Virus record (IMG/VR): IMGVR_UViG_3300042558_004043
Source of the DNA: a virus
Taxonomy: Duplodnaviria > Caudoviricetes
Strand: one strand, 5' to 3'
Length of the DNA: 64,000 nucleotides
The translations under genes and the position numbers were made by a program. Position 1 is the stretch's first letter. Every line of letters begins with the position of its first letter. Below are positions 27,501 to 35,127 of this stretch, piece after piece. The notes below the pieces were generated by a model that ran no database searches, had not been told where the DNA came from, and saw only the letters and a list, made by a program, of their open reading frames with translations.

Positions 27501-29544
27501 ACCTACAATAACTCCAACTAATACCCCAACTCCAACTAAAACAGTAACACCTTATAATACTCCAACAAAAACATCTAGTGTTACTCCAACAAAAACTAAA
27601 ACACCTACAAGAACACCATCAGTTACCCCATCGGTTACCGTTACTAAGACAGTAACTAGAACAATAAGACCTACCGCAACTCCAACTTTAACATCTAATT
27701 TACAGGTTATTTTTGAACCATGTTGTAGTTCAATATCTAATGAGATATTCGCATTATACCAAATACCACCTTCAGTTTTCGAATATTTAACAGGTGGAAC
27801 TATTTGGGAGATTAATAGTAGTGGATTTATAGGATGTGCAAAAGTTTCAACGTCTGGAACATCGTTGTACAATTACATATTCAATGGTATTAATGGACCT
27901 ATTCAATCTTGTGATTCAGGTTCTTGTTTCACCGATTGCCCTAAGGATACTCCAACTCCAACAAAAACTCAAACTCCTACAAAAACCCCAACTCAAACTC
28001 AAACCCCAACAAACACTCCAACAAAATCAATTACTCCAACAAACACTCCAACAAAATCAATTACTCCTACAAAAACAAAAACTCAAACTCCTACAAGAAC
28101 TCAAACTCCTACAAGAACTCAAACACCAACTGTTACTAAAACTCAAACACCTACAAGAACTCAAACCCCAACCAATTGTTCTGACACACAAATAATAACT
28201 TCGGCAACCACCCCATCCTCACAATCAATTGTAAATTTAACAGGAGTTACGTATGGTACTTATACAATGATGGGAACCGTATTCCATAGTCCATTTAATT
28301 TAAATGGAACGAGTCCTAATAATGATTACCTATATCTTTCAACTACCCCTGTTGTATGGAGAAGAGCTAATTATACTAATGGTCCTTTAAACAGAACTGG
28401 AAAATGGAGTACTGATTTAAATTTCCCTATTAATACTTGGTTAGGGTATAGCGTATGTGTTAATGCACCTGAAACAAAAACATACTGGATTGGTTTGGGA
28501 GCGGATAATAATTTTAGAATTGTTGTCGATGGTACTGATATTGTAAACACAATCAATGGACCTTATGATGGGTTGTATGATAACGATACTAACATTTCAT
28601 TTATATATTGGCATGTTTACCCTGTAACTCTTGGTGCTGGAAATCACGTAATAGAATTATACGGTTTAAATAGAGATAATTTAAGTATAGCGTCTTTTGG
28701 ATGTGAAATTTATAATAATACAATTGATGAATTAACGGGAGCAACTACCGTATCTGACTTGAATATATTATTCTCTTCTAGTGGGCAAACAAGTGCAACC
28801 ACCGTTCAAAATATATCTGGACAATATTTGTCAAGCGGATATACATGTCCTACAGGTTATATTTATGACCCATGTAATTCAAATTGTTATACAATAACAA
28901 ATCCTTGTCAACCTGGACCATTACCATCTGTTACTCCGACAAAAACTAAAACTCCAACTCCAACAAACACACCAACAAAAACAAGGCCTATTGTTTATAC
29001 CGGCTTTTCGGCATGTGACCAACCTATTTATGTAAATTCTCAACCAGGAATTCATGAGTATTTAATTATATTAGGAAGTGGTATTGGCGTAGTTCAGTTA
29101 AATTATAACTCTTATAGTATACCTGATAGCTATCAACTTATTTGGAACGGAAGTACGGTAATTGACACCGGATTTAGAGGAAGTTCAACTTATAACTCTC
29201 AACTGAATTCATTAGGATATCCTGATGTTGAAGGAGCGGGTAACGGGTTCGTTACATTTGATAAAACAGTTTCATCTCCAATTACGAATACGGCTATGTT
29301 AATTGTTAATTCACCAATAGAAGCGGCGTTATGGAGTGTTACTGTAAATTGTCCTAAACCATTCCCGTCCCCAACACCTACCAAAACTAAAACTCCAACC
29401 AATAGTAAAACTCCAACTAAAACCCCAACACCTACTAAAACTCCAACACCTACACCAACAAATGCAACCATACCACCACTTACGATAATTTATACATTAA
29501 CTGACCCTAATAATCAAAATTTAAAGGGTGTTATAATAAAATAA
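21538..29544 (+). CDS. Giant (2668 aa) virion/fibre-like protein with Thr/Pro-rich mucin-like tracts and delta-60-type beta-propeller repeats
   Basis: Long TPT(N/K/R)T repeats at N-terminus, middle and C-terminus; repeated ILVGGDF...L.K.D..G..D.TF blades; Cys-bounded modules shared with the 3998-aa protein. Confidence 0.75.
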   Translation: MESQNYNPPLGFVLTPFPTNTPTPSNTPTPTKTPSSGFVNPTPTNSPTNTKTPTNTKTPTKTSGITPTNTPTRTNRPAEELAEVTVGPNGFQGPTIYVKNLTKNTIYIYDGSNGWTGLNVKIGQTKTFPLIEFTTGIIRIDTNADSYQSYESTCYNINYRQGDKSNTSFLGDYVYFEKVNCNEELPQVVLNNTCFCNSEKCGVEQNINQSVISYTTIQLCEQKENTPKGLVYLDTEIDPSLGFPVTFDVYYSSLYPNSPDFTFTLDDTDTRMSDLGSSIDNSIYLDGTGPKFIFVVITAENGGKWSTSVSCADDTSPLIYSYEFYLNNPNKFVLNIESNPFTGTVNRLGGISDGTSSYTETFLTNTESSVIFDFANINKNNTQFKNSPIINKNGFTKDLLVSGASVNTIVEFGDSILVGGDFNYYNDRMVCPLVKLDKNGIQDLTFSDNLYISGEVKTILSTDKDSIFVGGDLKSSTCDRHILFVEHENVIYNTIPGVVLPGDPAEKRFNIVSYNILTNTARVIFESENNLQAAVGEQAVDIAHTFNYNTNTGKIWILYKSPGTGTHAKTIYEYNILNSNYDVSELVRTITIAEPEEFVGLGRGLAVFDSENLISTLFNSFYDISFVKIPINSVGNVTVNPIPIEGINPDIFSNYPANPRFYSDVLVTDNNTIVYAFSERESLGQSAYTTIYEIDIVSGGVVFSATTPVQYIDDGGIDIRLEVGGLFSFQNYWYLTFTRHPNDFYDSPSNNEFIFKINDPNIGFIPFVYNIQSANQSNITHHPQRTFVGASSLKDCNIFSYLVRPPEPCQCYKFYNSGSTAQGMTYVDCASTTKKIKFKGTKKLCVQNVLSLGTNISQTLLGNCVNGKCPITQTPSDNIVKINSLGQIDNKFFKNSGEGFNGPVNIIKKYINNTIIIGGNFSQYNGQTARGIIILNTDGTIYDNFEGGFNLSGLTPNVTGIEILLDNSLIVIGGGDNLSSWITSFKKQPIPTNIVRIDSRGILDTKFSATTGLDGSAYSITTDCDGKIVITGDFDCYEDTNGNNCGLNNVLRISNEGICDTGFANDLSLDGQVNAVLSLTKNRSLCNYSVSNIEYVGPTNQFKIYFEQPLDENISSIKVERPGGFQLYLVGENSEYVGIEPGDTWIPHNVGLTGYLSEWVQTITFIVTFTCVDGITSVNEVTFNFPCDCYTLYNSGTTPQIVSYVSCITDPEYLTTYAPLRSYPTKTVKFVGTEKICTKRLITVGPNVTYVNNSEIVGSQDRQICTNLTDNPFINENIRCRSTSGSNPLVSVKKLTTQPQLQSCEEKTLIFGGSFTSPVENLVKVSLGSNERLYEFLTCDGITGFTYAPVNTEIGSIVLAYVNKTEVVCGTIGSEVTSGDTIIYTTDAKIKYSSCTECSETYQVKLLVREKGKQDRVFLKGMDKTQIDKILSDGPIFSTGGPEIYEILDYWLGSSVVGSKSLSFSAITPTPSFTPSSTVLSNCPSLTGVTISDIEISGGDYRFVNNESGYDLIQITSTYQIITSISNGQSTILPLSYFENNTAIFAIITYPQNFSCVYCIDILTNEQVTCNFVTPTPTPTKTPTQTIPTLYPDCPIYYILNNSLYLFNLQNSNSYLMEPNFIYNSATKFTLAENSLYSVKNLTSNGNIFATQITKYNLTSPPLNVTFSDTFDISSTDNATSIFAISNNIIFVSYYEGVNFISTNNYIRQYTFQNGVLNNSLTTDLITLPVNLLIIDFIITSTNKILVLVKNTFNNSYYINQYDYTNPNGNSSELSIYISSDNEISVTSIFEFSGQLYFTYVDYNTEWYVQLVKSVSLNPPYTISTAASNFNGISSDYFTLYSCSTINFIQPTPQPSTTPTETNGYTAATPTATSTNVPTKTPTKTKTPTVTRTNTSNYVSPTPTKTGTPTKTKTKSPTPTNTPTKTSTTTNTKTPFNTPNQTPSITPTNTVTKTVTKTQTPTRTPSRTPTNTPTRTNTPTRTKTSTNTPTITPTNTPTPTKTVTPYNTPTKTSSVTPTKTKTPTRTPSVTPSVTVTKTVTRTIRPTATPTLTSNLQVIFEPCCSSISNEIFALYQIPPSVFEYLTGGTIWEINSSGFIGCAKVSTSGTSLYNYIFNGINGPIQSCDSGSCFTDCPKDTPTPTKTQTPTKTPTQTQTPTNTPTKSITPTNTPTKSITPTKTKTQTPTRTQTPTRTQTPTVTKTQTPTRTQTPTNCSDTQIITSATTPSSQSIVNLTGVTYGTYTMMGTVFHSPFNLNGTSPNNDYLYLSTTPVVWRRANYTNGPLNRTGKWSTDLNFPINTWLGYSVCVNAPETKTYWIGLGADNNFRIVVDGTDIVNTINGPYDGLYDNDTNISFIYWHVYPVTLGAGNHVIELYGLNRDNLSIASFGCEIYNNTIDELTGATTVSDLNILFSSSGQTSATTVQNISGQYLSSGYTCPTGYIYDPCNSNCYTITNPCQPGPLPSVTPTKTKTPTPTNTPTKTRPIVYTGFSACDQPIYVNSQPGIHEYLIILGSGIGVVQLNYNSYSIPDSYQLIWNGSTVIDTGFRGSSTYNSQLNSLGYPDVEGAGNGFVTFDKTVSSPITNTAMLIVNSPIEAALWSVTVNCPKPFPSPTPTKTKTPTNSKTPTKTPTPTKTPTPTPTNATIPPLTIIYTLTDPNNQNLKGVIIK
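27085..28175 (+). repeat. Thr/Pro low-complexity tracts with perfect DNA tandem repeats
   Basis: 30-nt unit CCAACAAACACTCCAACAAAATCAATTACT twice (28006-28065); 18-nt unit ACTCAAACTCCTACAAGA twice (28081-28116); surrounding degenerate ACT/CCA/ACA repeats. Confidence 0.85.
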
Positions 29545-29570
29545 AATAAAAATTTAAAAAACAAAAAAAT

Positions 29571-30443
29571 ATGCCATTTATTTATACATTTAGTACAGGT
29601 TCTACAGAGGTCTATGACGCATCTGATTATAGCGGTGTTGATACATTACAAGCGGTTAGTGGGGGTGACATAAACCTAATTAATTCAGTTTACAACATCA
29701 ATTACCAAAAAATATTTGCAGGGCCATCTGCTAACTTTACAGGTTTAACTATTTATGATTCAGGTAATACTAAAACAGTAATAAACGTATCTGGGTCCAC
29801 TTTTGGAATAGCTGTCGATAATACCAATGATTTGGTTGCATTAATTGATGTATCTGGCGTATTTGATAATGTTGTTAAAGTTGTAGACGCATCTACAAAT
29901 ACAGTTGTAAGTACGATTGATGTTGCCACCAGTTATAAAGGTGATATAGCATCAGATAATAATGGTTATTGTTATGTAGTCGGGGGTCACAGTGATGTTA
30001 TGACAAAGGTAGATATTATCAGCGGTGTGACTGCAGATACTATTAATATTGGGGATGGGGCGGTTCTTAACAGAAAAGTCATATATAACACAAATAATAG
30101 TTTTGTTTACACTTGGACACCTACCGTTAGAATTAGAGTATGGGACCCTTCTGGATGGGGTAATGAGGCCAATATAAATTTGACTGGAAACACCCCATTT
30201 TTTGTTTTTAATCCTGACAAAGATTATATTTATGTTGGAAATGTAACAGGTGGTACTAATGACTTTGTTATTACGACAATTAGATGTGCAAATAATACAA
30301 TACTCAGTGAAAACCTTATTTATTCCGGAGCAGTTATAGGTGGTGGTGGTGATACTGGAGTATTTGGATTTTATTCAACAGAGACACAATATTTATATGT
30401 AGGAGACTCAGAATCTGATAGTATTTTAGTCTTAACAACATAA
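29571..30443 (+). CDS. YVTN/YncE-like beta-propeller protein (290 aa)
   Basis: Repeats such as FGIAVDNTNDLVAL, VKVVDASTNTVVSTIDV, FVFNPDKDYIYVGN. Confidence 0.65.
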   Translation: MPFIYTFSTGSTEVYDASDYSGVDTLQAVSGGDINLINSVYNINYQKIFAGPSANFTGLTIYDSGNTKTVINVSGSTFGIAVDNTNDLVALIDVSGVFDNVVKVVDASTNTVVSTIDVATSYKGDIASDNNGYCYVVGGHSDVMTKVDIISGVTADTINIGDGAVLNRKVIYNTNNSFVYTWTPTVRIRVWDPSGWGNEANINLTGNTPFFVFNPDKDYIYVGNVTGGTNDFVITTIRCANNTILSENLIYSGAVIGGGGDTGVFGFYSTETQYLYVGDSESDSILVLTT

Positions 30444-30465
30444 AAAAATTAAAAAATAAAATAAA

Positions 30466-30681
30466 ATGGCAGATATTAATCCAATTTATTATTACGGTGA
30501 CATTGCCGGCGCAAATGCCCCCCTGTCAGCCGGAACCCCAAATGTAATATGTTTAGAGCAATGTGACCAATCAGTTGTATCAGTTGCACCTCCTCATCCT
30601 GTATGGACAAACTTAGGTGGAAAGGCGGTGGTCATGTTAGACGCAGTTGTTTTGGGAGGCCCATTTGGTTTAAACGGATAA
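30466..30681 (+). CDS. Hypothetical protein (71 aa)
   Basis: ORF with A-rich leader, co-oriented in the structural operon. Confidence 0.65.
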   Translation: MADINPIYYYGDIAGANAPLSAGTPNVICLEQCDQSVVSVAPPHPVWTNLGGKAVVMLDAVVLGGPFGLNG

Positions 30682-30687
30682 TTAATT

Positions 30688-31191
30688 ATGAAGAAAGTAG
30701 TTAGATTAACAGAATCAGAATTAATTAACGTTATTAAACGTATTATCACAGAAGGTCAGTCTGAAATTGATTCAATTTTGGATAAGATAAACCGTGTTGG
30801 ATTTGAGGGATTAACCCCAAAAGAACAATCTTATCTTAGACATTATTCTGAAACTGGTGAATTTAAAGATGATGAAGAGCTTGTAACAAGGTCTCAATCA
30901 TTTGATTATGAACATAAGTTTTCAAATAAAATAGATGGAGTTGATATGACCTTCAAATATGAGTCAACTGAGGATACTCCTGATGAAATGATTCACAGTG
31001 GTTATTTGGAAATTAATAACGATGAGTTCTATGGTGAAATTTATTGTGACACAGATGGAACGTACTCAACATGTAATTTTGAGGATGGCGACGGTGTAAA
31101 TTTATTTGAAAAATATGAAGGTTTGGAACATGAGGTTGAGTATTTTTTAGATAATGTATGCGAAGAAATAAAAGGAAACGAAACGGTTTAA
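30688..31191 (+). CDS. Hypothetical acidic protein with N-terminal RLTESEL...KRIITE leader (probable head-internal protein)
   Basis: Leader MKKVVRLTESELINVIKRIITE; acidic body. Confidence 0.7.
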   Translation: MKKVVRLTESELINVIKRIITEGQSEIDSILDKINRVGFEGLTPKEQSYLRHYSETGEFKDDEELVTRSQSFDYEHKFSNKIDGVDMTFKYESTEDTPDEMIHSGYLEINNDEFYGEIYCDTDGTYSTCNFEDGDGVNLFEKYEGLEHEVEYFLDNVCEEIKGNETV

Positions 31192-31192
31192 A

Positions 31193-31672
31193 ATGAAAAA
31201 CAACAAACTAGAAAATCTAATTAAAAAAGTTTTAGAAGAACAAACTTCTGATAGATACATGTTCTTTTCTAATTTAGAACAAATAAGAAGACAATGTGAT
31301 ATATTGTTAAGTGAAAATAGAGATGAAATTGATTCTATTTTGGACAACGGTCACGATTGGGCTCAAGACCATATTGCCGAGGCAAAGAATAATATGGACC
31401 AAGTATTTGATTTTTTAATGAACGAAACTTCTGATGAAAGTGATTTAGATGACCAATCAGATGAAGAAGAAATGGTTATGATGGAAGGTCGTAAAAAAGC
31501 GGGTACAAAATTGTGCTCAAGAGGTTACGCTGCCGCAAAGGCAAAGTTTAAAGTATTTCCCTCAGCATATAGCTCAGGCTACGGAGTTCAAGTCTGTAAA
31601 GGTAGAATGCCAGGATTAGACGGTAAAAAACGTTGTTCACCACCATATTGTGGTTCAAAAAAGAAGAAATAA
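31193..31672 (+). CDS. Hypothetical protein, probable head-internal, with basic Cys-containing C-terminal motif
   Basis: Leader ...LIKKVLEE; C-terminal CSRGYAAAKAKFKVFPSAYSSGYGVQVCKG resembles the K.W/FPSAYAS motif I recall from T4-like cyanophage hypothetical proteins. Confidence 0.7.
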   Translation: MKNNKLENLIKKVLEEQTSDRYMFFSNLEQIRRQCDILLSENRDEIDSILDNGHDWAQDHIAEAKNNMDQVFDFLMNETSDESDLDDQSDEEEMVMMEGRKKAGTKLCSRGYAAAKAKFKVFPSAYSSGYGVQVCKGRMPGLDGKKRCSPPYCGSKKKK

Positions 31673-31718
31673 TTCTTCTTTTTTTTAACTTTTTGTGTTT
31701 ACCCATATATTTATAAAT

Positions 31719-32234
31719 ATGGGCACACAAAAAAAATGTAAAATTTGTAATGAAGTAAAATTTTTGGACGAATTTTATAAATCACAAAGAGGTTTAAGAT
31801 GTAAAACGTGCGTATTAGAATCAACAAGAGAATATAAAAGAAGCAAAAGGAAAGATTCCGAATTTAGAAAAATCGAAGGTCAAAAACAAAAGGAAAGAAG
31901 AGTTAGACTTTGGCAAAATACACTAATAAACGATTCTAAACACAGAAATATAGAAAATACATTAACTGTTGATGATATAAATGAAATGTTTGAAAATCAA
32001 AAAGGACTTTGCTATTGGTTTAAAATACCATTAATCCCTTCAAGTAAGTCTAAACACCCCCAACAACCATCAATAGATAGATTAGATAGAAATAAAGGTT
32101 ATACGAAAGATAACGTAGTTCTTTGTTGCTACTCTGCAAACATAGGTAGAAATGAAAATGATTTAGAAACTTGGATTGAATTTATTAGTCTCTTGAATTT
32201 TAACAAATTATCCTTATTATTAGATAATGAATAA
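31719..32234 (+). CDS. HNH-family (homing-like) endonuclease with N-terminal zinc finger
   Basis: KKCKICNEVKFLDEFY...CKTC zinc finger; GLCYWFKIPL...PSIDRLDRNKGYTKDNVVLCCYSAN matches the SIDRIDS..GY..DN HNH-like family. Start taken as ATG 31719 (track gives GTG 31695). Confidence 0.8.
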   Translation: MGTQKKCKICNEVKFLDEFYKSQRGLRCKTCVLESTREYKRSKRKDSEFRKIEGQKQKERRVRLWQNTLINDSKHRNIENTLTVDDINEMFENQKGLCYWFKIPLIPSSKSKHPQQPSIDRLDRNKGYTKDNVVLCCYSANIGRNENDLETWIEFISLLNFNKLSLLLDNE

Positions 32235-32655
32235 GAGTAAATTAAAGGATTATATCTTTATTTTTGCCATTATATTACTTTTGGCATATATTTTCTTTTT
32301 GAAAGATAATTTTAAACATAAAGTTGAATCAACTAAAGAGGTTAATACATCACATCAAATTAACCAATTAAGAGATTCTATTAGTATACTAAGATTATCA
32401 AATAGAGAATTATTACTTTCATTTTTACAAAGAGAACGTGATTATCAAGATGAAACTATAATAAATTATGAGACAAATATTACAAAAGTCACTCCTTCTA
32501 TTGGTACTTATGTTGACCATGATAGGGACAGGATTTGGTCAGACTATACGTCCCAAGAGGATAGTGTTCCAAGGGGACACTGGGATATTCTTAACCAAAA
32601 GACAGGAGGGAGAAGTATTAAAGAGATTAGCGTTGAGGGATTCTTACAAAAGTGA
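32227..32655 (+). CDS. Membrane-anchored coiled-coil protein, i-spanin-like
   Basis: N-terminal TM segment (YIFIFAIILLLAYIFF) followed by a predicted helical region; overlaps the next ORF by 188 nt in another frame. Confidence 0.55.
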   Translation: MNKSKLKDYIFIFAIILLLAYIFFLKDNFKHKVESTKEVNTSHQINQLRDSISILRLSNRELLLSFLQRERDYQDETIINYETNITKVTPSIGTYVDHDRDRIWSDYTSQEDSVPRGHWDILNQKTGGRSIKEISVEGFLQK

Positions 32656-32995
32656 GATAGACTCGATTTTCAAATACTCAAGTGATTGTACAGACGCTCT
32701 CTTATTATCAAGAGATGCGTTTTTTGGTTTATTTGATAACTACAAAGATTTGGAAGAAGAGGCGATGAATTCTGCATTAAAAAATCAGAATTTGGAAAGC
32801 CAATTAGAACAGGCTCAAGAAAAAATATCACAAGAACAAAAAAAGAAAGTCAGGTGGAAAAGGGCAACGGTAAGTACTAGTATTGTCGCTGTTGGAGCCG
32901 TAGCCGCGGTTGTTACTGGAGCGTGGTTACCTGCATTAGCCGTTGGAGCGGCAGTCGAGTTAGGTTATATTTTAACACCTAAAAAAAATAAATAA
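32468..32995 (+). CDS. Exported coiled-coil protein with C-terminal hydrophobic segment, spanin-partner-like
   Basis: Signal peptide ending GTGFG|Q (no lipobox Cys), heptad-rich middle (LKNQNLESQLEQAQEKISQE), C-terminal hydrophobic VSTSIVAVGAVAAVVTGAWLPALAVGAAV. Confidence 0.6.
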   Translation: MRQILQKSLLLLVLMLTMIGTGFGQTIRPKRIVFQGDTGIFLTKRQEGEVLKRLALRDSYKSEIDSIFKYSSDCTDALLLSRDAFFGLFDNYKDLEEEAMNSALKNQNLESQLEQAQEKISQEQKKKVRWKRATVSTSIVAVGAVAAVVTGAWLPALAVGAAVELGYILTPKKNK

Positions 32996-32996
32996 T

Positions 32997-33027
32997 TTTG
33001 TGGGATTGGAGTTTTGTCGTATATTTG
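32997..33027 (+). promoter_or_regulatory. Bacteroidota primary-sigma promoter (-33 TTTG / -7 TAnnTTTG)
   Basis: TTTG at 32997-33000, 19-nt spacer, TATATTTG at 33020-33027; ATG at 33046. Confidence 0.65.
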
Positions 33028-33045
33028 TACCACAAAACACCTAAT

Positions 33046-33468
33046 ATGTTAAAAAAGTTAATAATCCGCTACAAGTTATTTCTCAGAAAAATAAATAGAT
33101 TTACATCTATGGAATCTGAGTTATCGAAAGTTAACACAAGTCAATGTACATTTATTTGTCGTAAATTAATTCATGACAAAAATTCAGAATTGTTAATTGC
33201 GCCAATTTCTGAAAAGATGTATATTAAAAACCAAGAATTAGGTATATTCATAACTAAAGATGGACACGAGGTTACAATTACTAACCACACCTATAGTTAT
33301 TTCATTAAATTGAGCCCAAATCAATCCGAAAAGTTAAACAATTTCTTCTTTAAAGAAATGGAGATTAGGGCTAAGATTATGGAACGTGAATTAGAAGGTC
33401 AAATTAAACACTCTTTAGATAAGATATTCACAACTATAAGTTCGTATGAATCAAAGACCGTTGTTTAA
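33046..33468 (+). CDS. Hypothetical protein
   Basis: ORF downstream of host-type promoter; ATG 33046 preferred over the TTG start at 32998. Confidence 0.7.
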   Translation: MLKKLIIRYKLFLRKINRFTSMESELSKVNTSQCTFICRKLIHDKNSELLIAPISEKMYIKNQELGIFITKDGHEVTITNHTYSYFIKLSPNQSEKLNNFFFKEMEIRAKIMERELEGQIKHSLDKIFTTISSYESKTVV

Positions 33469-34170
33469 AACCGTATTGATAAGTCTCTTGATTTGACTCT
33501 CAGTAAGTTTAATTTGTTCGTTTTGTTTTTTTGGTTTGTATGAAACCATAGTTGGTGAATTACCAGTTCCTGATTTTGGGTTACTTTTTTCGGCTTTTCT
33601 TTTTTGTTGACAAGCGGACCTTTTTTGAGCGTCTGTCATTTTAGAGGCAACACCCGCAGCTCTGCATTTTGGATAACCCTTAGAATCAGCATCAGGTCTA
33701 CCACAAGGCGGATGACCACCACCTTCTTTTTTACGACATATATTAACCCATGGACCCTTTGGTTGTTTACTTCCTTTAGGTTTCTTTTTAGTACCAAACC
33801 ATACCCCTAAATCCTCTAATACAGTACTTTCAGTAATCTCAATCCATTCATTAAGTTTACCAGGTGTTGGGTTAATTATATCTCCGTCATCGTCATTAAT
33901 AGTGGGATGATTTTTTTTATAGTTAGATATTTTATTGGATTTTTTTTCCATTTTTTTAATCTTTTTTTTAGGTTCATCCATGTGTCCGTCTAAACTATCA
34001 TAGTTTAACTCGGCATTGTCGTATTTTGAAACTTGAATTGAAAATGGGGATAATTGATTTTTATCAAATTTTTTTAATCCTGGTTGTAACGGTAAACTGT
34101 AAGAACCTCTACTACCACTTTCAGAAGTGGCCTCTTTTAAGTATTGTATAATTTTATTTTTTAAATCCAT
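33451..34170 (-). CDS. Hypothetical basic protein, probable head-internal
   Basis: Leader ...IIQYLKE|ATSE; LGVWFG...W.NIC...PCGR....YPKCR motif; C-terminal LTESQIKRLI. ATG at 34170 (track TTG 34176). Confidence 0.7.
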   Translation of the reverse strand: MDLKNKIIQYLKEATSESGSRGSYSLPLQPGLKKFDKNQLSPFSIQVSKYDNAELNYDSLDGHMDEPKKKIKKMEKKSNKISNYKKNHPTINDDDGDIINPTPGKLNEWIEITESTVLEDLGVWFGTKKKPKGSKQPKGPWVNICRKKEGGGHPPCGRPDADSKGYPKCRAAGVASKMTDAQKRSACQQKRKAEKSNPKSGTGNSPTMVSYKPKKQNEQIKLTESQIKRLINTVLNNGL

Positions 34171-34221
34171 TAACAATGTGTTTTTTATTGACTATAATTA
34201 TAAATATCTAATTACAGTAAA

Positions 34222-34461
34222 ATGGAAAATAGTGAAAACAAAGAATTTGGTAAATTATTTAACTCAGTTTCATTAATAAGTGAGGAACATTTGGAGTTAA
34301 TATTAACAACAATGTCTCAAAAAGAGGCAATTTATCTATTGGTACAAGCGGTTAAGCATGCCCATCATTTGGGTACTTATTCTATAGGAGAAACTGAGGT
34401 AATATCTAAAGCAATACGAGTTATTTCGAAAAGTACTGAAGAACCTACCGAAAATAGTTAA
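34222..34461 (+). CDS. Hypothetical protein (79 aa)
   Basis: Short ORF divergent from the previous gene, with A-rich leader. Confidence 0.6.
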   Translation: MENSENKEFGKLFNSVSLISEEHLELILTTMSQKEAIYLLVQAVKHAHHLGTYSIGETEVISKAIRVISKSTEEPTENS

Positions 34462-34463
34462 AC

Positions 34464-35117
34464 CTACGCAGTTGTTTGTGGGTTAACAGTAGACTGTACT
34501 GGTTTCTGTTCAGGATATGCGTTACAAGCGGTATAAACAGAATCATCTCTAACTAACATATCATTTTTCATACAATTTCTAAGAGCGTCACATAGCGATT
34601 GACTAGCAACACTTTTAGAAAATGGATTTATTGGATTGACAGCTCTACCTATCGTTCTACACATTTCTTTATCGGCCTTACCTTGTTGTTTAACTTTATC
34701 CGCTTCTAATTTCGCCATTTCAATCGCCTGGGTGGCATCGTATTGTGTTTTAATGTCTTTGTTCAAATTGGATAAAGGAGATGTTGTTGGAATCTGAAGT
34801 TTAACATCTGTATTAGTTGGTAACTCCAATTTCACGTCTCTTGTTGCCATTGGGGTAATCGCTTCTTTACCTTTTTGAGATTGTTTTCTTTGTTCTATAT
34901 CACTAATCGCTTGAGTTATTGCTGAATAAGTCATTTTACCAAACTTACCGTCAGCACCTGTCTTACCTAAATCATGACCTAATTCAACTAGTTTATTCTG
35001 AACATCAATGAGAGTTACTGGTTTTTCCGCAGCTTGTTCTAAAACAATATTTTTTTGAGAGTATAAACTCACTATTTCATTTTTATCTTCTTCTGTTAAA
35101 ATAAATCTTTTGTTCAT
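34464..35117 (-). CDS. Peptidoglycan-binding domain protein with ILTEED leader
   Basis: DVQNKLVELGHDLGKTGADGKFGKMTYSAI is a PG_binding_1-like motif (DG.FG..T..A); leader MNKRFILTEEDKNEI. Confidence 0.7.
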   Translation of the reverse strand: MNKRFILTEEDKNEIVSLYSQKNIVLEQAAEKPVTLIDVQNKLVELGHDLGKTGADGKFGKMTYSAITQAISDIEQRKQSQKGKEAITPMATRDVKLELPTNTDVKLQIPTTSPLSNLNKDIKTQYDATQAIEMAKLEADKVKQQGKADKEMCRTIGRAVNPINPFSKSVASQSLCDALRNCMKNDMLVRDDSVYTACNAYPEQKPVQSTVNPQTTA

Positions 35118-35127
35118 TTTTTTTATA

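Noticed and set aside
27085-28175. Repeats as a CRISPR array
   Set aside because: Repeats are in-frame Thr/Pro codon repeats without unique spacers; no cas genes present.
10268-29471. Numerous 60-120 aa alternative-frame ORFs inside the two giant genes
   Set aside because: Fully nested in long, well-supported ORFs, with no leader, motif or family signature.
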